Below are positions 34,672 through 53,700 of a stretch of 64,000 nucleotides of DNA, in pieces. Positions within the stretch are counted from its first letter, which is position 1, and each line of letters begins with the position of its first letter. Below the pieces are notes generated by a model. It was given only the letters and a program-made list of their open reading frames with translations. It made no database searches and was not told where the DNA came from. Location: the NCBI GenBank assembly GCA_949358305.1, contig OX442314.1, forward strand, positions 14,446,001 to 14,510,000, in the 5' to 3' direction. This stretch comes from Strigamia acuminata (lineage: Eukaryota). Both the position numbers and the translations under genes were made by a program.

Positions 34672-37593
34672 CTATTCGTCCTTGTTATTTTTTTCCGGCG
34701 ATCTGTCTCCATCTTTTTCCGGCGACTTGGAGCGCGAGTGGGAACGAGACTTGGACTTGCTCTTTTCCTTGCTCTTGCTGCGGCTCTGGGAGCGCGATTT
34801 GCTGCGATCGTGAGAGTTGCTTCGGGATCTGGACTTAGATTTAGACTTGGAACGAGACCGGGACCTTGATCGGGAAGTTGATTTGGAACGTGACTTTGAG
34901 CGAGATCGCGAACGAGAATGACTCCTGCTGCGAGACTTGCTGTGGCTTCCTGAACGCGATCTCGACCTGGACCTGGAAACGGACCCACTACACTCGTCAA
35001 TTGGTAAGCGCTTTTTCTTATCAAAAACACCAAGAAACATTTCATACCTGCGGCGTCTGTGCGATTTGTCTTCAATTAGTCTCACTCGCCGACCGTTCAG
35101 CTCGGTGTCGTTCAATTTCTCAATCGCATTCTTCATATCCGCATACGTCGCAAACTCAACAACTCTGAAATAAACATTAAATCAATTAAAACTAAATTAA
35201 TCAAACAAATCAACTCAAATTACCCTTCATTTCGATGCTGCTTGTGTGCATCAGCATAGGTCACCTCTCCAGCTTGCCTCATGTAGTCTTTCAAGTCCTT
35301 AACGTATTACAAAAAAAACCAAGTTAAACACCGTTCGTTCGAAATAAATCCAAACTCAACCACCAATTGGCCCAACTTTAGACCACAAAGCCCCGGCTTC
35401 AGTGTCCTTTCATTGAGTTCCACTTACCATCATCATCCCCCACCAAAAGAATAAATAAATCAAAATTAAAACTAATTTTAAACAAAAAAATAAAAATAAT
35501 AAAAAATAACAAATTAAATTTAAAATTAAAGTTTTTCTCGACATATGTTGAGGCCATATTCTCCTCCTCCTTATTTCCTCGAGTGGCATATCGCATCGTG
35601 AGCTAAAACTGCATCGTCATAGCTTAGGCATAGGTAGTATTTTGTATTTTGTTTTAACACGAACATTAAAGAGACAAAATAAAAGGCGTTTTCATAATCG
35701 CACAAAAAATTACCTTTTAAAGTAAGCTTTTATGCACGACAATACATCTCAATGAACCCCGAGATTGAGTAGTAGGGTAGTGGGACGAAGGTGGCCTCTC
35801 CTAAACCCTGGCATCAGATTCGGTTGTAGCCAGACTGGACCAGACCAACCGCACTCAATTTTTCGACCATCGTTTGGGTGGGGAAGCCATGGCCAGACCA
35901 CGTGGCTCCCCCTTTCGTCCCGGGCATCAGCATTGTGGGGATGAAAACTTCCGCCATTTTTGGCAAGCCAAACCAAGCTTTCTATTGCGTGCATGTGTGT
36001 GTGGATGGACCGACTGGCGCCAGAACCACATCATGGTGGATGGAACCCGAATTGGTGCCATACGATTGGTAGTGGTTGGTAGTAGAACGGATCTTACTCA
36101 TCACTTCGCCAATGATATGGAACGCTGAATGCCCTTTAATCGACATCGCCCTCAACCACACTGTGTGGGGTAGGTAGGCAACGCCTGACACGCTCTCCCT
36201 CTACTAGGAAGGTGAATCGCTCACATCAACCTCAAACTCCGCGATGATAGCCAACTTAGGGGGTCTTAGAAAGAAACATTACATGTAACACAACATCATA
36301 CGCAAAATAAACAAACATGGGGTCAGTTCTACTGTATAAAAATATTCATTAACAAAACCCTTTTTTAAAAAAATATCAAAAAAATATTCAAAACAAAATA
36401 GAACCACTAAACTTGTGATTAGCAAATTTAGTACATATATAATATTTAAATATATATATATATCATGCACTAGTCGGGTTAAAAAATACATACATGACTT
36501 GTATTCATTTTTTGTTTTTCATTTTTTTTTGTTGCAGGGCTAACATACGTTCCTGTAGAATAATCCCTCAATGTGAGCTGGTGACGTCAAACACCCAGCA
36601 ATTAAAGCGCAGCACCAGTCACACATTGCTCAAGAACTGTCCCCATGCCGGAGCGGAGGTTTGTCAATTTTGTTTTGTCAAAATTAAAAGAAATTTAAAT
36701 AACTTTTATCAAAACAATTACGGCTTAACTACTATCCCATTTTACCTGCCAGCTGACTCTGCTTGATAAGTTCTCCACGATCAATCTGTATTCGGTTCTC
36801 GTAGGGGGTCCATACCTTGAACTACAAACACCAATTAGCAATGCTTCTCTACATTTCCGCAATTATATTCTTACTTATCACGACCGCCATTCCGTCTGCG
36901 GGGAGGGGCTCTTGGACCCCTACTCCTTCCGCGCCAAAGGTCACTTCCGTGTGGAGTTCCTCGAGCATGTTCAACGGAAACTCTTAATTGGAAAAAAATT
37001 TTAAATTAAAAAACTATTTCACGAAAGAAAAAAAAAACATTGATAAAATCGTTTTTAAATTGTATAAAAATTCAGTACACGTTGGGAAGTTTTCCGCATG
37101 GATTCTAAGTCCCGAAAGATGTAGTCATCATATATATTTTATTTTAAAGTTTTAGATAGATTACATGATGATTAACCAGATAAGAGATTTTTTTTTGTTT
37201 TTAATTACCTTTCACCGAGTAATTCCTTGCCATTTAATTCGTAAACGGCATCATCGGCATCTCTATAGTCGTCGAATTCCTATTTAATAATGAATTTAAA
37301 TTATTAAAAGTGTTACATTTTTTATCAATTTGATTTTGATTAAATTAAAATTTCAGTACACGTTGGGATATGTTATCCTCATGGATCATAGGTCCCGAAA
37401 GATGTAGTCATCATTTTTTAAATTTATTTTTAACATGTAAAATAATGAATAATTTTATTTTGTTACTTACCACAAATCCAAACCCATTTTTAAGGAGGAT
37501 TTCTCGAATTCTTCCGTATCCCTTGAAGAATTTTTCAAGATCCCTTTCACGAACGTCGTAATTTAAACGCCCCACGTAAACTCTGGTCCCCAT
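34672..37593 (-). CDS. B52: SR splicing factor of the SRSF4/5/6 family (B52/SRp55-like): RRM, pseudo-RRM, RS domain
   Basis: [62 protein letters not shown] tail. Exons 37593-37471, 37279-37209, 36982-36875, 36815-36746, 35297-35224, 35164-35048, 34987-34672. Confidence 0.96.
37072..37131 (-). ncRNA. Intronic box C/D snoRNA, SNORD2/snR39B-like (copy A)
   Basis: ATGATGA-ctaCATCTTTCGGGA-CTTA(D')-gaatcc-ATGCGGA(C')-aaactTCCCAACGTGTA-CTGA, with a short AT-rich terminal stem, inside intron 36983-37208 on the host strand. Confidence 0.85.
37353..37414 (-). ncRNA. Intronic box C/D snoRNA, SNORD2/snR39B-like (copy B)
   Basis: ATGATGA-ctaCATCTTTCGGGA-CCTA(D')-tgatcc-ATGAGGA(C')-taacataTCCCAACGTGTA-CTGA, flanked by TTAAAA/TTTTAA, inside intron 37280-37470. 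Boxes C and D and both guides are identical to copy A; spacers differ. Confidence 0.88.
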
Positions 37594-38137
37594 TCTACAA
37601 CAAAATTAGGAAAAAATGGCATTAGTCTTAACTTTCAAAAAAGAATATGCCTCGTGGTTAGCACAAAAGGAACGGCCGCCATTGCCATATTGTTCACGTT
37701 TGCCGAATTTCAACTGATCGAAAAACAGTTTGATTTATTCTTTCGTTATTCTTTTACTTCGCTTTTGAATTTAAAATATATTTAAATATTGTTTTGGCTC
37801 TAAACGTTCGCACATTGGCTACATAGGACTGAAATCGGCCTATATTGAAACGAAAAGTTAAAGATGGCCGCATTTTCAACTTACTCTTGTTACTTTCGAA
37901 AATCACCGAAATTTCTGATAGTAATATCGCAAAAGGCTAACAATTGGTACATAAATGGCAAATAGTACTTACTGAATCGTCTCAATATATCGGTGCGATT
38001 TCAGCGATGAAATTTGCAGTAAATCTTCTGTACTGCGAACACCGCACGTACTCGAACACACGAAACAAGACAAAGATGTAAGGCGGCTACGGGGTTCCCT
38101 ATTTTTGCACGGTATCAGTACTGGCGTCACATGACGT

Positions 38138-38145
38138 ATTTATAC
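38138..38145 (-). promoter_or_regulatory. Candidate TATA box of the SR gene
   Basis: TATAAATA on the minus strand, upstream of a probable non-coding first exon ending at a GTAAGT donor near 37972; acceptor at 37595 just before the ATG. Confidence 0.45.
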
Positions 38146-39185
38146 TACGGTAACCGAGAGGACCGATTTTCAGTTTAAAAATTGTATACCATAAAAATAC
38201 ACAAATAGAAGAGCAAACCACAAATTTTTGTAAAAAATATCAAACGAACTTATCAAGATTGGTTTTGTTGTGTGTCTCGGGATTACAGATTATTTACCAG
38301 TAAAACTACAATAAAATTTGCAAAATTATCTTTTCAAAAAATGTTTTTGAATAAATAAATTTTTAAAATGTTCTTAGTTATTTTGTTGCAATTATCTACT
38401 ATTTTTCTACCATTTCTGCAATTAAAATCAGATATAAAAAAAATTAGTTGATACAATGGCTATTGTATCTTTATTTGTATTTTAAAGCAAAGTAAGGAAT
38501 TGAGAGTCTTTTAAATACTTTTTTCTTCCAACCAACATTTAATTTTATCCTAAAATTTAAAAAAAATATAAATTATATTTGTTCTTTATAATATTTTCCC
38601 GCCAAATGACATTTGAGCCATCTGGGTCGAGAGTAGGAATTCAATGGCGGACTGCGACTGCCCTCTTTGCGAGTTAAAACATGGGATGGTTTTTATCGGG
38701 GAAGTTCAGCCATTGGCAGACAGTTTCAGTCATTCGCCATTTTGTGTTACGGACGTCGTAAGTCTACTCGACATTACAATGTTTGCAATCAAGTTAAGCA
38801 GTAATTCTGTGTAAGCGTAAGTATTCCCACTTCGTTATGTGTATGACCGCTAATGGACACAAAAATAATAATTGTTTATTACTATTCATTTAGACTTAGT
38901 CTGAGCTATCGTAAGAGGAATTTCTACTAGGCCTATTAGAAAACATTCCACATAAGCCTAATTCGTAAAGGAAATTTGTTTTTGCTATGATTTGAAGGTA
39001 TTTTTTTTCTTTCCTAGTCGCAAAAAAGGTGCATACGAACGATTTGCGTTCTTTTCAATACAATTGGTCAAAACAACAGTTTTAAAACAATAGCATCGCA
39101 GTTTGTGTTTTACCAGCTTGCATGTGTTTTGAACTTTAAGCTTTTATTTATTTGGATTTATTGGTTTTTTGTTTTTTTTTTAGAA

Positions 39186-45999
<6,814 letters not shown>

Positions 46000-48900
46000 A
46001 AAATTAATGTTTTAAACCACATATCTCTATTAAAGTGAAAAGATGCTAATACGATTTGTTAAGTTGTTAAAATCTGATGATGAAAGCGTGGCAATTGTAC
46101 AAAAGATGTTTGTTGTGGGTTTGTAAATTACAAAAATTTAACTTGCAATTAAAAATTCATCGTTAAAATTAGGTGTTTTATTTTATTTTATTTTATTTTT
46201 TTAAAAAACTATTACAGGAAGTGAATTTTATTTTATGGTATTCGCCGTTATAAAACATTAAAGTAGCTCATTTATTGATGGTTCATATGCAAATAACATA
46301 ATATTGATGTAATATAGGATGACTGACGAACATGAATTGCGTAGTGTGATAAGCAGTAGTTAAAACATTGCACGAAGTGTACAAACAAATACCCGTTGCT
46401 TAGCATAAATGAGAATTTTAACATTTTTTTTTATGAATTGCTTGAATTGATATGTTTTAATGTTATTTTTTAGTTTATTACTTTTTTTAGTGTTTCCATG
46501 GGGGTAAAAACACCATTCTAAGGAAAAATTGAAAAAATTGCTATAAACATCACGGAAATGTGCCCCGCTTTTATTTTATTTTTTTAAATTTTAATCTTAT
46601 TTTATTTTCCAAGTTTATCAGTTTAGTTAAGCCGGAAAGCCGACTAAAATTCATAGATTTTTATCTGCTGTACTAATGTCAATTTTATCAATGGAAGAGT
46701 AATTTCCTATAGGAAATCGTCTTCAATCTGCAGGAAACGTAAGCTATTTTCCGGGAAACTTAAATTATTTTTAAATTAAATTTTTTTTAAAAAAAAGATG
46801 AATGACTGTTCATTTATCATAATATTCCGTTTAAATTTTCGATTATCAATAAAATACATCTCGCTTTTACATTTCTACATATTTTTTTTCATTGCTTTCT
46901 ACATCGTTGGCCTACTTTTTATTCCTATCCAACTATAGGTCAACTAATGATGAAGAACAAGGTGAGGACATCCGGAGACCTAGTCTTCCGCTATCACGTT
47001 ACCCTCACTTAAAAATGAATTGATCAGCAAATAATTTTAAATTACGTTATTTATAATTGAAAATAATAAATTTAAATGAACGATTTTAGTTCTAAAAATA
47101 CAAGAAAGAAAATAAATCTAATTTGTGATATCTCTGTCAACCAGGTGTCGAGTTCCAACTAAAATCCCACGACACTGGCGACCCAGCCCGCGTGTCTGAC
47201 ATGATGCCCGGAAGTTCCTATCCACGCGTGCCTAATAGAGAAACCCTTATTATAAGCTACCATAAGCTACCACTACATAAACCCACACCCGTTTTACTAC
47301 GAGCATCATTTTATTCATATTCATTCATCAAATATAAATCTTTTACACAATCAGTTCGTTATATACTTCTCTGCGTGTGGTTTATATAAGAAAAGGAGGT
47401 CAAGTTCAACAGGAACGCACTAATAATGTGACACATGTCCTCCCCGGAAGGAATTGAAAGAATACCGTATAAAAATTAAAAAAGTAAGTAAAAAAACAAT
47501 ACAAGTCCCTTAAATTTCCTTTAAAAAAAATACGGAGGCAGTCCATTCTTTTTTATTTTTATTTTAATTTTTAATTTTTTTTTAAAAAATTAAATGCATT
47601 TGGTAACATCGAAAAACGTAAACAGTAGCCCAACATAATTTGTAATGTGTCATGTCTTTAATATTTTTTTTGAGGGGTTTTTACTAACCTGTTTCATTAA
47701 TTGCAGAAGGGTTGTTTAGGTGGCATGATGATGTTTGGCGCGAGCAAGGCGTTCGGAGGGGCCCGCGGCCGGGTAGATGTTTGAATTTTCAGGGCCATGA
47801 GAATCAAGGCGCGAGTACATTCTCAAGTGGAGCGCGGTTAAGGGAATGTGGCCCAGTGCGTCTTTTGCATACTAATTAACTTAACTGCATGGTGATCGAA
47901 CGGATTATTATTTTTTCTTTTACCAATGAATTATTTCCGCGGGCAGTTTGCAGGCACAATTTAACTTTTTTTACATACGGTATCTTATATTGGATGGGAG
48001 TGGTTTCTTTGATTGTTTTTTTAAGGTACTTTGCATTCATGTTTGGTTCCACAAGTGCTATATCGGTTGTCAAGGGTGTTTGGAAGTGTAAATATTTTAA
48101 ATTGATTGCCCAAGTTGGGAAATTAATATTTAATTATGTTTTTATTCATTTACATTTTCTGGTGATTTAGTTTATTGATATTTTTTTCCTCGTTCAATAT
48201 TCATATTTATCATTCACGCTCCTGTTTGTTTACAGGAAGAAGGGAGAACGAATTGGTGTGGTTACAAAACCAGCATTGTACAGCCGTTGCTGACCTGGAA
48301 GTTTGCAATGGCGCTCTCTGGCCTTTGGGTCGACCACGCCTGGTCGCGTGGCTTTTGTTGTTGCCAATGTTTTTCCTAATATATTTACCATAATTTTCGA
48401 CTCTCTTTGTGATCTCACTAAAAAATTTGTATTTCGTGCATCACAAAGCGTAATTATTGTACATTTTTACATTAATAATGCCCGATGAACATGGACGAGT
48501 CAGAATCAATGAATTTTATTTATAGTCTTCATTTTCAATTGTTATGAGTTTTGAAATTGAAATTAATTTGACCAGTTGCCAGTGGAAAGCTCCTCTTTAA
48601 ATACTTTGAATGCTTATTGATTATCAAAAAGTGTGACTACAAATTTACTTCAAACTTCTGCTCTTATCGCATGAGCCTAACTAAAAATAAGCTTTTAAAC
48701 AAATTCCAATTTCTTTGTCCATTTGCTCTTACACGCAAAGCTTATTAGACATTAATTCAAAAATAACCCCCCATTTTATTCTTGTTATAATATCCATCAA
48801 TCATTTGGTGTCACGATATTGCAGGTACTTCTTGCACACAAAGCCTAAATCCATGCCAATGGTTTTAAATTGGGCATTACAACTTTATACACCATTACCA

Positions 48901-50764
48901 TAATTGTAAATAAACTTTTAAAAATAATAATAAAATTTTTGAAATAAAATAAGCCGCAGCTGCTGTACCTTTATACTTTTTTTCTGAAGAAAACGTTAAA
49001 ATTTTCGTTGCCAAGTAACTGAGTAGTCACAGTGATACGTCCGGCGGATACGAGTGTTAAAATGAGTTTGATTACCTTCTCAAGTTTTTTTTTTATTCAG
49101 TCAAAAGAATATTTCTTTGGAAATCCCCGCTCAAAGTGCGCATTTTATTCAGTTCCATTATACCACGGGGCGTGTGTCTTTTTCTTTTTTCTCTTAATGT
49201 TCACTTCCTGTCTTTTTACTAAGCAATGAACAGTTACATTAGCATTAAAGCAAAGAAGAAAAAAAAAAGGCAAAAATATATTCCATTCACACATCTGCAT
49301 ATTTCTCAAGAGATACCGGTAAGGTCACCAGATCAGGCTGAACATGAGCATCACATCGCAGAACACGTTTCATTCACCAAAATTGGAATTAATCTACATA
49401 ATGTAAACGCTCCATTTCAACAGTTGTTAAGATGTAACACTACTAACTTTATTGATACAACTTGAGTTCGAATCTTAATGGGGTCTCGAGCTTGAATTAC
49501 TCTTGAAAAACCATAGCACGTGCTCATGAATAACAGTCTGAAAAGAGCAAAGCATGCCACCAGGTTGGCTCTTCATTAATGCACAAAACTGACACAGATT
49601 TGACCATATTGTGGCTGATTTATTTTTCTTCTTCAAAGGGAGTGGTTCTCTTGTCCAAACCACTCACACACCTTGCAGAGCTGTAAAAATAAAATAGAAA
49701 TAAAAGGGCAAATGGCCGCCTACAGCAAGAAATGTGTGCGTGAATTGTTGATAAATATCTCACCAGGTATAGCTAATTGTCCTTTCGAATGGCATGCAAC
49801 AACAATAGACCACCTTCCAGTGTCATAGATGCACGCGAACGAGGTGCCCGCTGGGCTCGACATGAGAGGACAAAAGGTAAATTGTGCAGCAGACAAAACT
49901 GGAAGCAAAACAAGGATTGGCAACAATACTCATTTGCGAGGTAAGTGCAATAAAAAGAGTCGTCGGACGGACACCGACAAGTAGAAGGCCAGTTTGGTCG
50001 ATGTACCTCTGCTGTTTTCCTATCATGGCCATCATCATTCGCTACCCCGGGTAGCCAGGACCCAGGTAGACACAAAGTCGAAGAATAGAAGAAGGAAAAA
50101 AAAAACATTTCGGGTAGTTTTATGACATGCTGAGGGTCAGGGAAATCAAAACGAAATGCATTCTGCCTCGAGCGGGTTCAGAAGCTGTGGTCATTTTATA
50201 GCAGGGGCAATTTCAGTTGCTGCTCACTCTTGGGTTTTCAATATCCGGAAGCCATTTTTTGCCTTTCTTTTTCTTGGTAAATGGAGCTGGGCGAGCCAAT
50301 AGAGAGACTGTGGTCATTTTTATTTGTTGGGTTTGGTCGAGTGAGTGCAAGAATTTGGCACCTACGCAAGAAAACGGTTTCCAAGGAGTGGTTTTGGGAA
50401 CAATTAATGGGAGGAATGTTTATAGGTAGTGCTATTCAAGTGCTAGAACAATGGTGGATGCAAACAGTGGCCATTAGCCTACTCATGATTTTTGGCCCAC
50501 CTGTGAAGAGGCAAGGGCAGAACGGGGGAGGAGATTTTCTGCACCTTAAATTTACAACCCGAAGTGACACATATATGATTTGGCAACTACTGACCACCAC
50601 AGCAACTTCTGAAGAAGCAACACCTTTTTGTTTTGGCTTTCCTTTCTTTTTTTCCCCTTTTTTCTTGTGTGTTGAGATCAGTTGATACTGATTAAGAGAT
50701 TTTTGGCGTGTTATAGGTGAAGAAGAAGCGCAGATTGCGCACCCATCCCTGACACGGACAGAGA

Positions 50765-53700
50765 CAGGTGCAAAAATGGGTCGTGGGAAAGAGTAGTGGA
50801 CGACAAGGTTGACGGAGTCTTCTAGTGGCGTATTTTGACGTCGCGAGAGCCGCGCGCGCCGATTTGGGTCGTGGGAAAGCCTCGTCGCGTGGAGGCCGCG
50901 ACCGGGGAAAGGGAAGGGTCATGGACGGACAGCATCGTTTAATGTCGTCGTTTATAGTTCATCTTCTTTTTCGTGATTGGTTGTTGTTGTGTTATATCAT
51001 ACTAAGCGGTTAATTAATATTTATTTTTAATTTTTCTCAATTTTTTTTCTCTTATCTTTTTATTTCCGCTGAAAAACTTGGCCAAGGTCGCTTGCTAGGC
51101 AGGGTCAGCGACCTTTGAATGAATAAGTCCGCCTTGTCAATCATCTGCATTCTTTTATTTCTCTTTCCGGGTCATGACGTAGCTTCCGAATTCCGATTTT
51201 GCTCCTCTGCTCCCCTCGTATTGTTTCTGTTGAATGCTCAACTGCTGCCCAGTAGGAGTCTTAATTGCTCTCGCTACGACAAACTCGACACAACATGTGT
51301 CTAACGAGGAGATTTACTATAACGAGTTGGCGCTGCTCTTTTAACAAAATCCAAGAGATTTTTAACAGGTCGTCACTGCTGTTGTCCTTCGTTAAGGACC
51401 GACCGATCCTGCTGTGATATTCAATGAAGCTCAACGATACAGCGTTTCCTCTTTAAAGCGTCTCCAGCTGGGTGACCCGTGAGAGGGAAAAGAGTAAGGC
51501 GGAGTTTTACCTTAAGGGTGATTCATTTTAATGGCTTCATGTATATTTTAAAAGTTTAGGATTTAAAAAAAAAGAAAGAAGAAATCAAACAAAAATACCA
51601 TTTTGTCTGCACTTATTTATACAGGCGAATACCGGTAATTAAAATGGTTGACAGATGTCGTTCGTGCTTCTTCATTCAGGTTAGTGTAGTTTTGCAGGCA
51701 CAAAACGAGGGTATAAATCGGGAGGGGCCACCAACTGTGATGATTGGTTCGGGAGGGCAGGACAGGTTGGAGGATGCATCAACTCATTTCGATACTTGTA
51801 CAAAGAAGAGGCGGGCCGAAGGAGGGTAAAAATTTGGCACTTGACAACTCGCATGATGTGTTGAAGGTGAAAAATTACTCATCACACCTTTATTTATTAT
51901 TTTATCCTTCACATAATACTTAAACATAAATGCGAAACCCCTTCAGACTGCAGTATAACTCGTGATGATATCCTATTTTATTTCTTTCAGGTGTCAAAAC
52001 AGGAAGAAGCTAATAAATATCAAAATTAAAAGTCTCATTTACAAAAGAGAGGAAGCAACTGATTTGCCTTAAAAGAAGTGTGTATTATGAGAAGGGGAAA
52101 AGAGTCTTCCCGTGAGACTCCATGAAGAAGACTGAGTTACCGGAAATGGGGGACCAGGAGCAACCACATGGATCGAGAGCAGTAAAGCATCTGCCAGTAG
52201 TGGAAAAACTTGCTCCTTGTTGGCATTTCATTCACAACTTTTCACTAGAGTTGCGTGTAAAGTCCACTCACTATCAACCCAACGTCCCCAGAAGCCACAC
52301 CTGGAAAAATGTTTCTATTCATTTTTATTTTTAGACTTTGGGTTTAAAGTTTCTCATAACCTCTTCATTGCAATTCCTTGACCCGATTTTAAACATGAGA
52401 AATTAATTATTTCCCTCTTCTCTTCTCCTCGTGCCTTGTTGGGGTGTTTTTCTCTGAAGCCTTCTTCCGTTTTCTGTTTTAATGTGTTGGTTTTGACCCT
52501 GCTAATTTATTTTGCACGACGACTATATGTAAATACGAATTAATACAACAGTTGAAAGCATTTTGAAGAAGTTAGAAGCATCAACAGTATTGTATGGAGT
52601 AATTTTAAAAAGATAAAACATTGAGAGAAAAAAAATTGTTGAACCTAAAACGTGTCAAGAGTAATAAGGATATACAAGAGCAATGTATTTTAAATTAATT
52701 TTTTTTTTTTTTTTTAAATTTTAAATTTACATTTTGCGGTTTCTGCCGATGGCAATATCATCATGAAGTTGATGCACTTTCAATAATCAATTATGTTTGC
52801 TCCTGCTGCTTACACCGTGATATCACGATATTGTTGAAATGATGTCAAATGCCGAAGTTACGTCATTTCGTGGATACTTTTTGACGCATATATGTGTGGT
52901 TAAAAATCAAAACAAGACTGAAAGACATAATGTAATAAAATAAAAAACGTGGGTGCAATCAGTTTGGATCGATCACCCTTTACTTTCCCCTTAATTTTTT
53001 AGCTTTCAACTGCATTACGACACTCACAATAATCAATCATTTTTTATGTTGATCGAAAGTGATCAAATTTAATGTCTCCTTTCCTGCCGTAAAAAAAATT
53101 AACACAATATTGAATAAATGAATAAAATTTCAATAAAGCAAAATGAATTTATGCCTCAAAATGTTTTTTGTCTAATGTCTGTCATTCAAGAAGAATAAAA
53201 GCAAGAAGCAGCAAAAAAAAAGTGCAGAAAATTATATCAATCCATTGTTTATACACACATTTAAGTGTATAGGTGAGTAAGCACCTGCAAGGTAGTGGAG
53301 AGACACCACGCCAGAGGCTACGGGAAGTAAACATAAGTTGGAAACAGGGGTAGGTTTGCAGAAGGGAGATGGGCTGCGTGGGAAACAGGGGTCCTCAGGT
53401 ACAGACGATGCAGGGAAGAAAGGAAGGAAGACAGGAGAAGGATGGGAGAGGGGGGTGGCTAGTAAGAAGTTAGGGTAAGGGGTGGTGTTGCAAAAAAAGA
53501 ATGGCTACTCAGCAGAGAAGAAAACAGGAATGATTAGTGTGCTGATTATAATTGAAAAAGTGTTGTTCACTTAATAAGAGGAAGTAAACATCAAACGCCA
53601 AGGACATTTGGGAAGAAAGCGAGGACAAAATTAAGGAAAACTTTATTTCAGTATTACCCTGCCTGGAGTTGTTAAGCGATAATAAGTCACGACTCAGCGA

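Noticed and set aside
34988..35047. 60-nt in-frame, stop-free last intron of the SR gene (possible retained intron)
   Set aside because: Similar 3n stop-free short introns occur in pecanex (19303-19359, 21421-21480), so this is expected by chance.
46980..46989. CTAGTCTTCC (GY-box, complementary to miR-7 nt 2-11), plus a K-box CTGTGATA at 51412 and a GY-box near 52104
   Set aside because: Scattered, not tied to a defined 3'UTR, and no Bearded or E(spl) ORF was found upstream.
51395..51450. Minus-strand TATCACAGC, the miR-2/13 seed
   Set aside because: The rest does not match miR-2/13, and the flanks do not form a pre-miRNA hairpin.
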